A stretch of 64,000 nucleotides of DNA from a virus (taxonomy: Duplodnaviria > Caudoviricetes), in IMG/VR virus record IMGVR_UViG_3300023047_000002; one strand, written 5' to 3'. Each line of letters opens with the position of its first letter. Positions within the stretch are counted from its first letter, which is position 1. Below are positions 27,511-37,795 of the stretch, piece after piece. The notes beneath the pieces were generated by a model. The model saw nothing but the letters and a program-made list of their open reading frames with translations, did not search any database and was not told the origin of the DNA. Position numbers and translations under genes: made by a program.

Positions 27511-30035
27511 TACGCAATACGTTGCAGCAGTAGCGGCATTCCAGAAGGAATGTAGTGAGAAGAAAATGAAATCTCCGACAATGAACGATAAGTGCCGGGT
27601 TCTAGGTAATGTCCTGAGGATTTGTACATGAGCCCAATGCCTTCGTCAGGGTCTGTAGAAAAATAAAAAACAGCTACTGTGAACCCGTCTAGGTATCCAG
27701 ACCCAGCCTCCCCAAAATCTTCAGGTTCAGACACCTCAATTTCAGAACCCGCTGAAATTGTTTCTCCTGCATCCGCAACATTATTCGCAAATTTCCGTGA
27801 TGGGTAGGCTAGAACAAGACCTCCAATAGGAACTTTGTAGAAGATATACGAGGTGGCTTCCGAAGCACCTGTATCCACACTCTTTGTAGAAATCGCAATA
27901 TTGTCAACAGAGTGAACTTTTGATTGGTCTTCAAGTGACGACAAATAAAGCAAACCATCTAACCGTGCCTGCTTAATTGCAATATTACCAGCAGACGTGA
28001 ATGATTCTTCATATTCAATCATCATAACGTTCATATGACTGGTGCTCACGGAAACAGATTCAACTGCGTTAGATTTCACAGTTGAATTTACATTAATGCT
28101 TCTGTTGAAAATAACTTCCTGTGCGGTACTGTATGTAATAGTGGCGTAGTCTTGATGATTGTGTTCATAGATTGTTATGGACTCAATCATGTTTTGTTCA
28201 TTCCCGGATTGGTTAATTAACGTATTCAGAGTACTTGAATTTAGAGTCACATCTCCAACTGTGAGTGTTACAGTAGACAGAGACTTTGTGTGGATCTCTT
28301 TGACGCACTTATCCTCTGAACCAATTGAGTTTAAATTGTCGTGCATAGGTTCAAGTGAACCATACCATGTAATAGTTCCGACATCTGAAGAGTCTCCATA
28401 GGCAGCTTCGATTGTACGAACGCCTGATATTTTCGGAAGTACGGCATTCCCACCTTCGCCGTTTTCACGTGATTCATCAAAAGTTTCGTTTAAATACAGA
28501 TTTCCGTAAATTACCGTGTCACCATTTAATTCAGTTGTTGACTGAGAAGGTACGATGTTTCCAGATCCTGATGTGATGTGGCTACCTACAACTAAGCGAT
28601 CCGACACAGATGACTTTACGGAACTTATGGTATTAGGTACTACAATACCATCACTGAAAACGACTCCACGATCAATATCGTATGTAATCGTGACATAGGA
28701 CTGGTGATTTGGTTCGTAAATTAACAAGAAATCAGGTTCGTTACTTGAGCTACCTGAATTGCCAGAGCTTCCTGATTGGTTAAGCAGTTCAATAAAGGTT
28801 GATTCGGTCAGCGTCAGGTTCCCGACTTTAAGAGATTCAGCAATGTCAACTGTGTTAGCTTTCACCTTGTAGGGAACTTCAATACTGTCATCAAAAATAA
28901 TTCCTCGTCCTGCATTGTACGTAATGGTAGCGTGGTCTTGGTAGCTAGGATCATAAACTGTCAAATACACAGAAGGATCTGACTCATTACTTGAATTGCC
29001 AGAATTTCCTGATTGACTCAGTAACGCATTCAGTGTTGTTTCATTCAGTATCACATTACCAACTTTTATCGAGTCCGTAAGATTTAATGAATACGCATTG
29101 ATTGAAATATAATATCCTTCACTGTCTTTGAAACTGAGTCCTTGTGATATATCGTATGTGATCATTGCGTGATCTTGATGATTTGGTTCGTAGACTGACA
29201 AATATTCTGATTCATTTACATGGCTGCTTGAACCTCCTGACTGACTCAGTAACGTATTCAGGTCTGTTTCATTCAGTGTCACATTACCAACTTTAATGGA
29301 TCCAGTGAGGTTCAGCGTGTTTGCATTGACTGTGTTAGAGTATACAAATGGCCACGGGTCACTTTCAGATCCAAGAGCAAATGTTGTGTGATTGATACCG
29401 TTTGAAGAAGGAATCAAGCTGCCTTGTACTTCTATGGAATCATACGAGTGCCCATTGTCATGTCCGATCAACTTCTCTACCTCTTCGATGTAGGGAACAC
29501 TGATATACCCTCCACCGGTACTGTGAGCTGAGAATGATTTTGTCTTAACGACTCTAATAGTACCGTAAACATCAACGCGACCATTCATATCCGAGATGTT
29601 TCCGGAATTGGTTATAGAACCGTCAGACTGGTTTACTGTATGACTTCCAACACGGAACGAATCCGTACTTTCTTGTGCTGCAACAATATTCTTAAATGTT
29701 GCATTCCCATTAAACGTAGCGGATGAATAAACCGAAAAAGGACCCGTAACCTGTGTGTTGCCATTTAGCATAACACTAGCACTTAGAGTTGTTTCACCCG
29801 TAAATACGACCGTTTGAGGGACATTCACGTCACTCATACCTGTCGTTTCAAGAGGACCGGACACCAGTCTGAGTGTATATCTTGAAGACCCGGGATATGG
29901 ATGACTGATGTCGAACATTGCAACATTTTCTAAGCCCTGTCCATTCAGAATAAGACTGTCGCATGTTAGCTGACCTAGTTGCATTTCGTAACGTTCTTCG
30001 TTTTCGTTCCAAAAAACAATTTTTGCCGCTTTCAT
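27510..30035 (-). CDS. Tail fibre / receptor-binding protein with four internal modules
   Basis: 4 x (VG..TL....LL.QSG...YEPNHQD...ITY); N-terminus identical to the 30373 gene; C-terminal VPIGGLV domain. Confidence 0.7.
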   Translation of the reverse strand: MKAAKIVFWNENEERYEMQLGQLTCDSLILNGQGLENVAMFDISHPYPGSSRYTLRLVSGPLETTGMSDVNVPQTVVFTGETTLSASVMLNGNTQVTGPFSVYSSATFNGNATFKNIVAAQESTDSFRVGSHTVNQSDGSITNSGNISDMNGRVDVYGTIRVVKTKSFSAHSTGGGYISVPYIEEVEKLIGHDNGHSYDSIEVQGSLIPSSNGINHTTFALGSESDPWPFVYSNTVNANTLNLTGSIKVGNVTLNETDLNTLLSQSGGSSSHVNESEYLSVYEPNHQDHAMITYDISQGLSFKDSEGYYISINAYSLNLTDSIKVGNVILNETTLNALLSQSGNSGNSSNESDPSVYLTVYDPSYQDHATITYNAGRGIIFDDSIEVPYKVKANTVDIAESLKVGNLTLTESTFIELLNQSGSSGNSGSSSNEPDFLLIYEPNHQSYVTITYDIDRGVVFSDGIVVPNTISSVKSSVSDRLVVGSHITSGSGNIVPSQSTTELNGDTVIYGNLYLNETFDESRENGEGGNAVLPKISGVRTIEAAYGDSSDVGTITWYGSLEPMHDNLNSIGSEDKCVKEIHTKSLSTVTLTVGDVTLNSSTLNTLINQSGNEQNMIESITIYEHNHQDYATITYSTAQEVIFNRSINVNSTVKSNAVESVSVSTSHMNVMMIEYEESFTSAGNIAIKQARLDGLLYLSSLEDQSKVHSVDNIAISTKSVDTGASEATSYIFYKVPIGGLVLAYPSRKFANNVADAGETISAGSEIEVSEPEDFGEAGSGYLDGFTVAVFYFSTDPDEGIGLMYKSSGHYLEPGTYRSLSEISFSSHYIPSGMPLLLQRIA

Positions 30036-30047
30036 AATCTACCTCGT

Positions 30048-30319
30048 AGGAAACCCACGGTCTTTAGCCTGTGGGAGGAATGCGAAAAATCTCGCTTGTT
30101 AAATGATGCCTAGTATTTAAGTGTCTGAGATAAAACCGTTCTGTACTTTGACTGAAGGCACACTCTAAAATTTAAACACCAATAACTTTGTTTACGTAGT
30201 CATGGAACATGTTCCATGACTACACCCCACAATGTAACGATAAAAGGTAGAATATTTAATCACTTGCATAACTATTTATCAGCTATAAGTCCACCGACAT
30301 TAGGCGGTTGCTAGTTGAC
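30048..30319 (+). mobile_element. Non-autonomous IS200/IS605-type miniature element (left hairpin, degenerate right end)
   Basis: AGGAAACCCACGGTCTTTAGCCTGTGGGAGG ... AAGTCCACCGACATTAGGCGGTTGCTAGTTGAC; internal palindrome GTAGTCATGGAACATGTTCCATGACTAC. Confidence 0.55.
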
Positions 30320-30372
30320 ACGTTAATTTCTAGTTCAACCGTACCGAGCACAAAACACGTCACATGTTCATG

Positions 30373-31695
30373 TTACCGAATTCTTTGAAGAAGAATCGGC
30401 TTGTCGAATGGACCACGTACATTTCCGCTATATGTTTCTACAATAGTAAATCCCATAACAATTCTGTACAAACCATCTTCCAGGATATGATTTCCTTCGA
30501 TGTACTCATCTCCGCTCGACGCATCGAACCCGTAAAGAGCCTCTGTCCATTGGTTTGCACGACTTATATCGTTAATTTCAAGTACACATCCGGCATGGAA
30601 CTCTTCATCTTTATGTGCCTGTGCAAACTCCTGCGGCATTTGTGCCATTACAAGACCACCAATAGGAACATGTAATTTCTGAACTGTGTCTCCGCTAAAA
30701 GACACATCAGAAAGACTACGCAAGTCTAATGTGAAGTTTTGTGGGACTTCCATTGATGATGAACCATCGCGTAGTGTTTCAAGAGTCAGCTTGTATCCAT
30801 CTTCAGAGGACATTTCGTCCCAAACCAGGGAAACACCTTTGTCCATAGAACCTATTTGTGCATTGTATTGCGAGTATCGATTCCTTATGAAGGTAAGATC
30901 ACTAACATACTGTTGAAAGATCCTTCCAGAAACGCTTATTCTTGAAATTGTGTGTTGAGTGTCACTTTCTGCTGTAAACATGATGTCATTGGTATAGAGT
31001 GTTTTAGAGCAGACAGATTCCCAACGCGTATTCTCGTTTCCAAGTGAGTGTTCGCCTTCAGGCATCAAATCTCCTTTTATTGAGATCTGAGAGAAACTTC
31101 CACCTGACTGAACACCACTGATAACTTCAATCCCTCTTAGTTCTGATGCATAGATGAATCCACCGCCCGTAGAAAACGCTTGAACACTGTTTGTCTTTCT
31201 AACATGGATGCCACCATACACATCAAAACGCCCATTGCATTCGTATATGCTGTTTGACGGCGTTATGGAATTATCTGAGGCATTTATTGTATGACTGCCG
31301 AGTTTGAATGTGTCACCGTCATTCTGTGCTACAATAAGGTTTTTCACAGAGGCTGTGTCCTGAACGTCAAGCGTGATCGTGTGTACTTCTTTCAGAGCCT
31401 TTATCGTGTTTGCGTGCAATACGTCGGTGTGGATTTCTTTTACCACTCTATCCTGAGAACCAATATACATGGTCTCGGAGGATTCAGGTTCTAGGTTTCC
31501 GTTAAAGATAAGGTTGCCATATACACGCACCTCGCCATTCATTTCTGTTGTTGAATTTGAAGGAACAATGTTTCCTGTCTCCTGGTTAGTTTCATGGCTG
31601 CCGATGATAAGTTTATTGTCACATACCAGATGACCAAGTTGCATTTCGTAGCGTTCTTCATTCTCGTTCCAGAAAACAATTTTTGCAGCTTTCAT
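30373..31695 (-). CDS. Tail fibre / receptor-binding protein paralogue
   Basis: MKAAKIVFWNENEERYEMQLG shared with the 27510 gene; VPIGGLV..G.YR..PILLQRI C-terminus; GGAGG RBS. Confidence 0.7.
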   Translation of the reverse strand: MKAAKIVFWNENEERYEMQLGHLVCDNKLIIGSHETNQETGNIVPSNSTTEMNGEVRVYGNLIFNGNLEPESSETMYIGSQDRVVKEIHTDVLHANTIKALKEVHTITLDVQDTASVKNLIVAQNDGDTFKLGSHTINASDNSITPSNSIYECNGRFDVYGGIHVRKTNSVQAFSTGGGFIYASELRGIEVISGVQSGGSFSQISIKGDLMPEGEHSLGNENTRWESVCSKTLYTNDIMFTAESDTQHTISRISVSGRIFQQYVSDLTFIRNRYSQYNAQIGSMDKGVSLVWDEMSSEDGYKLTLETLRDGSSSMEVPQNFTLDLRSLSDVSFSGDTVQKLHVPIGGLVMAQMPQEFAQAHKDEEFHAGCVLEINDISRANQWTEALYGFDASSGDEYIEGNHILEDGLYRIVMGFTIVETYSGNVRGPFDKPILLQRIR

Positions 31696-31711
31696 AATGT
31701 TTTCCTCCAAA

Positions 31712-32977
31712 TTATTCCGTAATGTTTATGTAGTCCAATTTCTGGTATTTGACCTGATAAATCACGGCTTCCGTACCGTTTGACGAAATCTCAGGCGTCT
31801 TATCGAGAATTTCATTGATTTCACTAATAAGAGGCTCATACTCACTCCCTAGTGCATTAAGTACGTTGACGAACGATTTTACACATGGTTTCAACGTGTT
31901 GAAGGATTTTAGACCTTCTTCTTCAATATCGTATGCCGTGTCTTCACATGAATCAGGTTCAAAATCAGAAGGTGAAAATGCAAGATTTACAGGTTTGAGT
32001 TTTTTACCAGAACCAAAGAAAGACTGACAACGTTGTTCTCCCGAAGAAAGTTCATTCCACAGACCGCTTAAATGTTCGCTTAACATTGTCGAGTCTGCCA
32101 TGATTTGTTCCAGCGTCTTACGCTGTGAAGGGTCGCTTGCGTCAAGTTCTCCTGACTTTATATTGCTTAAAATGTCTGATGCTTTTCGTGCAAGTGAAAT
32201 GGCTTTGTTGAAGTCAAGTTCGTAGTCACCACCGAACAAATCTTTTCCGTTGTACATTTTATGTGCATCGTCAGATAATGATTCGAGACCTACCATGATT
32301 GAACCTAACTCATCTACAGCATTGTCCATGGTTGTTATAACGACCATCGGGTTGATGTTTCTTCCACGTCCACGTTCTTGGTCAGGTGGAAAATATTTGA
32401 ATGTACCGTCACGGTATTCTTTAAGGTCATCATTGATTTGAGCTTCAAGCTCTTGAGTCGCTTCTGAAACCGCAGTGTTAATCGCATTTACAACTTCTGA
32501 TGCAGACATCTTTTCCATATTCTGAATGGATGTCGTAGACTCATACGGTTTTGCAGAATAAGAAGTGTTTTTGTCAATGAGCATGTATGCCGTCGTTCCC
32601 TGAATTTTAATCAGCCGTGAGGTTGCTCCGTCTATGACTCCTGTGATGTTGTCTTCGTTAGCAACATTAAAATCAGGAATGGAACACTTAATATTTAAAC
32701 CCATATCCGTACACCAAATGTTCGCTGTCCCTTCTAGGTCTTTATCGAACATTGCTTCGTCGTTGCTGAAATGTGCTCTAAGCGTTGCCTCAAGCATCAC
32801 TGGACCATTACGTTTTCTGCTAAGAGAAAACACACCCAAACCCTCACGGATTTTTTTAGTTGCAGCTCCTGTAGCGAACCATTCCTGTAAAGTCTTTGCC
32901 TGTTCACGTGCTTCATACGCACCACTGTGAGTTACCTTCAACATATCTTCACGCTCCGTTTGAAAAGTCTTTTGCAT
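31712..32977 (-). CDS. Hypothetical protein, possibly virion-associated
   Basis: 421-aa ORF within the structural cluster; probable start MLKVTHSGAYEA. Confidence 0.6.
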   Translation of the reverse strand: MQKTFQTEREDMLKVTHSGAYEAREQAKTLQEWFATGAATKKIREGLGVFSLSRKRNGPVMLEATLRAHFSNDEAMFDKDLEGTANIWCTDMGLNIKCSIPDFNVANEDNITGVIDGATSRLIKIQGTTAYMLIDKNTSYSAKPYESTTSIQNMEKMSASEVVNAINTAVSEATQELEAQINDDLKEYRDGTFKYFPPDQERGRGRNINPMVVITTMDNAVDELGSIMVGLESLSDDAHKMYNGKDLFGGDYELDFNKAISLARKASDILSNIKSGELDASDPSQRKTLEQIMADSTMLSEHLSGLWNELSSGEQRCQSFFGSGKKLKPVNLAFSPSDFEPDSCEDTAYDIEEEGLKSFNTLKPCVKSFVNVLNALGSEYEPLISEINEILDKTPEISSNGTEAVIYQVKYQKLDYINITE

Positions 32978-33026
32978 GAGAAATCCGTTATGATTTCTTA
33001 ATGTTAATTCGATAGTTTCAGACAGT

Positions 33027-33314
33027 CTAAGAGATTCCGTTTAGTTCAGGAATCCTGACACGTGTACCTGCTTGCAGATTGTCTGGGTCTGAAAATCCGT
33101 TAAACCGACACAGAACCCACCACATACGTGCATCACCAAATATGCGTTGAGCTAGAAGCTCAGGATGGTTCTCTTCTTCATTACGAACAAAGGTCTCAGT
33201 GAAAGGGACGTTCATTTTCTTGAAGTCTTCCATGATAAATCCGTTCTCGTTTCCAGAATTGTTGTACCTTGACAGTTTCGTGTAAAGCACTTCCGGTGTT
33301 TGTACAGTAGTCAT
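33027..33314 (-). CDS. LysM / T4 gp53-like baseplate wedge protein
   Basis: HPELLAQRIFGDARMWWVLCRFNGFSDPDNLQAGTRVRIP. Confidence 0.8.
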   Translation of the reverse strand: MTTVQTPEVLYTKLSRYNNSGNENGFIMEDFKKMNVPFTETFVRNEEENHPELLAQRIFGDARMWWVLCRFNGFSDPDNLQAGTRVRIPELNGIS

Positions 33315-33336
33315 AACGTATCTCCGCTCGCATAAG

Positions 33337-36300
33337 TTAAAGTGATGGATATGCCCACCCGTTTCTCTCAAATAATTCAGCAACAGCTGTCTTTTGTTTG
33401 TTGGTTCCGTAAAACCAACCAATTACACGTACCACAAGGTCATCTATTTCAAGATACATGCTTCCATTACGCGGCAATCCTTGTGCAGGGTAAAATCCTG
33501 TTTCACCGTTTTTTAGAAGAACCTTGTTAATCCATCCACTGTTTCTGTCTGCAGGTGGTGTGTTGTTTACAGCTGCGTAAAAGTCTCCCCATGTAAGTTC
33601 TCCCCATAATGCTTTCATATCATCTGTCGGTGACATCAGCGTGTTGATGATTTTGTCTGTGTTTAAAAGACCGACACGTTGTGTTCGCATTACATGGTAT
33701 ACATCAGTTGTCATTCCAAGATTGCGTAATAATGTTATGGCTTTTGCAGCATTTCCATAAATTGTTTCTTGAATTGATTTCGCTGGCAAACACATTTCAT
33801 TGCCTGACGCATCAGTAGTTATAACTTCAAGCATCAACATTTGTCTGTGAAGTTCGTTTGCTACCTGTGTGTCCCTTGATACAGTTTTGAGATTCTTCAA
33901 TCTATCCATAAAGTCATTATAGAGTGCAAGTGTTTCATGGACATAGTCTCTTGATGCATAATTGTCTGCTTCTGGATTTTCCCAGTACTCCTCCAACCAG
34001 TTCCTTTTTCCAAGTGTCCATTTATTTTGTAAATAACGTCCGTCTGACAAGCATACGGCTATGGCATAATCGAGTTCCATGACATCTTTTATGTGATCCT
34101 CGTCAACACTGTTATCCAATGACAAGTCTTTATCGACAACATTCTTGTCAGACTCGAAACTTGAGTTTTTTCCATTTACTATGCGTGTGTTTGACCAACG
34201 ATCCTTTCCTGGATTGTTATTTGGCCATGCAAATCCTACTCCTTCTTCTTTAGGGTCTCTAAACGTATTATAAGACCCTAAAGTGCCATTATAGTGCAGA
34301 TTGATTACTGTACTTTCGAGCCACCAGTTGAACTTTACTTTCATTATGAAATCGTCCCATTCAGGGCCAACAGGACCTTCTGTAACCAGTTTTAGTTCAC
34401 CTGGTTCGTACCATCCACTGCCTGTTTTTGTTAGAAGATTTTTGAACGTCATATCGTAATCTGTCTTATTTGAACCTTCTGCCACCATAACCCAATCCCT
34501 GGACGATTCACACTCCCCCCAAAATGCTGTGCCATCAATATCTCTGTTTTCGTAGTTATAGAATGTGACAAAGGTTCCAAGGTGGAACTCAAAGTGACTA
34601 CTAGATACAAGGTCATGCCATCTACTCAACCTGCTTTTCAAATTGCTATGCATGGTCTCCATCTCGTTTGCGTTTGGAATATCCATGGCATTAAAATCAA
34701 CGCTGCTTGCATCACCTGAATTTACGTTCTCGATGAGAGTTAAATACGCACACTGCATAAGACGGAAGAGATACACAAGATTTGCAAAATATTTGTCTTC
34801 GCCGTTGTTTGTCGTTTTTTCATGGATTTCTTTTACATGATCTCCGTCAGTTCCATACGTTACTGCTTTTTCAACTATCGTTTTTGCCGAGTTTACTGCC
34901 TTTCCTGCCAAATCAGTACCTGAGTTATTCAGTGATTCACACAAGCCTCTTCCTATTGCTTTGAAGGCCAAGGTCAAAAATTGTAAGTGCGGATGAATCA
35001 GTAACGGTTTATCACTAAACTTTGTCACAAGACACCCGTTCTCACACAATGGTGTTTTCTCAACAAGCGTCACTTTTGTTTCATTGATCAACCGCTCTAA
35101 CTTGTTTGTTTTGAAAAAATCAAGTTTTATATTCTGAAAATATGGTCTAATGTCTTTCATATCTTCAAGAAATCCAAACAATGGGAATGGACCCTGAACA
35201 GATTCAGCCAGTTTCTCTGTACCTTGAAGCATATTAAGTGCTTTTGAAAAGTGTTCGTAAGGGAACGGTACTTCTCGGTCAGGGAGTCCGAATAACCGAT
35301 AGAGGAAAAATCCAATTTCTTGTATTACTTCCTGAATTTCTTTTACAGCTGAGTCAAGAACAGTTCCATTTTTGCCAAAAATTAATGACGACTCAAAAGC
35401 CACAGGGCTTATCGTAGCCGTCGTTGTAAGGGTTGCCATCTTGACTGCCTTTAAAAGTGCCAACCATGAAGAATCTGTCGTGTCAACGTAGTCATTCCGT
35501 AAAGGGTATACGGTTTTGAATTTTTCGTAATTTTTAGAAAAGACTTCTTCAAACGTGTAGTTTGAATTCAAAATTCTTGGGTCTGTAAGTAAATGTTCAT
35601 CCAAGAAGTTCTTTTCTCCGAGCATTATTCCTGTAATTGTCTTATATCCATCACGGTATGTATACGCATACTCAAGGGCTGCTTCAAACATTATAAGAAA
35701 TGACAGGGTACCTTCACTTCGTTTGTCTGCAAGGTAATATCGTTGCAGGTCGTTCATTTCAGAGTTCGTCATAGTGGATAAGTCTGCATCCAATGTATCC
35801 ATCTTGTCCACATTGTCTGAAATCATTTTCTTGAGTCTCTTAACCCACTCGCGCACTTCCTGAATATCCGCAATACGGAAATCAGAAGAAGACGCAAGTA
35901 AACTTTTAACAAAGTTTTTGTCCGGATTACCTGGAAGTTCCATATTTTCCGCCGCGTCCCCCAACACCACGGCTCCTGCTTGTTCATTTGGAAGCTCTTC
36001 ATACTTTATTGCATATTTTTCATCTGACTTTACCTGTTTCAACGTAATATTTTCGTCAATCAGAAATGAAATGCTGCATTCTAGTTGCCCATAAGAGTAT
36101 TGCTCACTTGTTGTGTTCTGAATCTTACCTGATGCGGGTTGCGGCAATTCGTCGTTCCATGTCGTGTAAAGGTCGCCTTTGAAATTACACTGCACTGTGT
36201 TGATGTATCCCTCAAATGTCATACCTGGAAGGTATATCTGGCATCGCTTCGGTTCGACATGAAGGTCTGGGTATTGGTACGGTCTTGAGAAATTTTGTAG

Positions 36301-37779
36301 AATGTTTGAAATGTGCATTAAAGGAGTATCAGGATATTCCTGCTGATGAAGTGTAAACGACAAATTCAACGAACGTGCATTGTGGTTTGTGTAATAAAAC
36401 CCCATTGCATTCTGACCTGCAGGAGGTACAGGGTTCTGAATGTTTGCATTACTTGAAAAAGACCCTACGGTTTCAATGCGTGAATAAACACGAAATTCCT
36501 GTGCTTCTCCAAACGTCTTCATGTCAACCCCGACAGGAGGAATCTCTACAATCTTCAGACCGTATTCGTAGTACGTTGCATTTTTCGTATTGTCCAAAGG
36601 GTCTGAAGATATTTGACCATAACTGGCTAGTCTTATGGGTTCTCTGTCTAAGGATACACGCCATGTACGTTCAATTCCTGTCTTTTTGTCGGAAAGAAGT
36701 TCGTCAAAACGTCCACGGTCTAAGGCCCATTCGCCCTCAACGGAATCCATGTTCATGGTATCGATTCCAACACCATCATCATGGTTAAGTGTGTCATCAG
36801 TGTGTTCCTTAATGTCTTTTAAGTCGTTTGGTTCTTCTGCATGACACATATCAGAAGAAGACACAAAGCATTCGTTTGAAACAGGCAGCAGGATATCGTA
36901 TTTCAGGTCATCACTTGTGAAAGGGACTTTTGATGTGCATACGTTATTTACCGCATCGTAATACCCACCAGCTTCTTCCACTTCTGTAGGTGTATTCATT
37001 GTTGCATACAAATCCATTCCGCCAAGAGACTGTTGCATTTCAGCATAAGAATCACGTGCAGACTGTAATGCCTCCGTGGCATCCTCATTCTTTTCGCCGC
37101 TTGCGTCATAAATCTCATCGGAAATACAGACGTAAGCATCCGGAGATGTTCTGCTTTGAACATAGATACCGGATGCTTTCACATAGGAGGAAACCAATGA
37201 CATCATGTCATAATTTCCGTTTGCAGAATTGGTCACAGTGACCTTTTTGCTTGCACCGTCTACAGAAGTCATTCCTACCGCCACCTGTGAGGCAACGATA
37301 GTCGAGACCTGTTCCTGCGAATCACCTGACGGAGCATAAAAGTTCTGAACCGAGCGTATTGTTGTGTCATCATATTTAGACTCACGCATCGTTGTCTCCT
37401 GGCTTTTGAATCCAGGAGACAACTTTAGAATTATCTTTTCACTAAGTCCTTCAAGATTCGCATCTTCTTTCGTACCGGGTAAAGTTGAGTACCCATTTTT
37501 TATAGCGTAAGCACACTCTTCAATGAACTGCTTAACAGACAATGTCCACATCTCATACGATTCATACTTGAATGTGTAATCAGTAAGGAATTGTCTGAAT
37601 ATGTCAAGAGCTTGGTCTCGGTTTGTATAAGATACGGAATCTTTTACGATATTCTCAATCTCATTTTCAACCTTTCTGTACTGAAGTGACTTTGTGTCTA
37701 TCCTGTAAGCTCGTTGAAAATCTGTGTTCTTGTTCTTGTACAAAGACGTTGTGTGCGTTTTATTTGATGTACCAGCCAT
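33337..37779 (-). CDS. Large virion protein with a tail-tube-initiator-like domain
   Basis: YYTNHNARSLNLSFTLH..P..C.IYLPG..FEGYI..V..N..G resembles tube-initiator domains; adjacent to the LysM gene. Confidence 0.5.
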   Translation of the reverse strand: MAGTSNKTHTTSLYKNKNTDFQRAYRIDTKSLQYRKVENEIENIVKDSVSYTNRDQALDIFRQFLTDYTFKYESYEMWTLSVKQFIEECAYAIKNGYSTLPGTKEDANLEGLSEKIILKLSPGFKSQETTMRESKYDDTTIRSVQNFYAPSGDSQEQVSTIVASQVAVGMTSVDGASKKVTVTNSANGNYDMMSLVSSYVKASGIYVQSRTSPDAYVCISDEIYDASGEKNEDATEALQSARDSYAEMQQSLGGMDLYATMNTPTEVEEAGGYYDAVNNVCTSKVPFTSDDLKYDILLPVSNECFVSSSDMCHAEEPNDLKDIKEHTDDTLNHDDGVGIDTMNMDSVEGEWALDRGRFDELLSDKKTGIERTWRVSLDREPIRLASYGQISSDPLDNTKNATYYEYGLKIVEIPPVGVDMKTFGEAQEFRVYSRIETVGSFSSNANIQNPVPPAGQNAMGFYYTNHNARSLNLSFTLHQQEYPDTPLMHISNILQNFSRPYQYPDLHVEPKRCQIYLPGMTFEGYINTVQCNFKGDLYTTWNDELPQPASGKIQNTTSEQYSYGQLECSISFLIDENITLKQVKSDEKYAIKYEELPNEQAGAVVLGDAAENMELPGNPDKNFVKSLLASSSDFRIADIQEVREWVKRLKKMISDNVDKMDTLDADLSTMTNSEMNDLQRYYLADKRSEGTLSFLIMFEAALEYAYTYRDGYKTITGIMLGEKNFLDEHLLTDPRILNSNYTFEEVFSKNYEKFKTVYPLRNDYVDTTDSSWLALLKAVKMATLTTTATISPVAFESSLIFGKNGTVLDSAVKEIQEVIQEIGFFLYRLFGLPDREVPFPYEHFSKALNMLQGTEKLAESVQGPFPLFGFLEDMKDIRPYFQNIKLDFFKTNKLERLINETKVTLVEKTPLCENGCLVTKFSDKPLLIHPHLQFLTLAFKAIGRGLCESLNNSGTDLAGKAVNSAKTIVEKAVTYGTDGDHVKEIHEKTTNNGEDKYFANLVYLFRLMQCAYLTLIENVNSGDASSVDFNAMDIPNANEMETMHSNLKSRLSRWHDLVSSSHFEFHLGTFVTFYNYENRDIDGTAFWGECESSRDWVMVAEGSNKTDYDMTFKNLLTKTGSGWYEPGELKLVTEGPVGPEWDDFIMKVKFNWWLESTVINLHYNGTLGSYNTFRDPKEEGVGFAWPNNNPGKDRWSNTRIVNGKNSSFESDKNVVDKDLSLDNSVDEDHIKDVMELDYAIAVCLSDGRYLQNKWTLGKRNWLEEYWENPEADNYASRDYVHETLALYNDFMDRLKNLKTVSRDTQVANELHRQMLMLEVITTDASGNEMCLPAKSIQETIYGNAAKAITLLRNLGMTTDVYHVMRTQRVGLLNTDKIINTLMSPTDDMKALWGELTWGDFYAAVNNTPPADRNSGWINKVLLKNGETGFYPAQGLPRNGSMYLEIDDLVVRVIGWFYGTNKQKTAVAELFERNGWAYPSL

Positions 37780-37795
37780 GACGTTTCTCCTCGTG

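Noticed and set aside
27510-31710. Diversity-generating retroelement or invertible fibre cassette
   Set aside because: No reverse transcriptase, adenine-specific template/variable repeat pair, recombinase or inverted crossover sites in the window.
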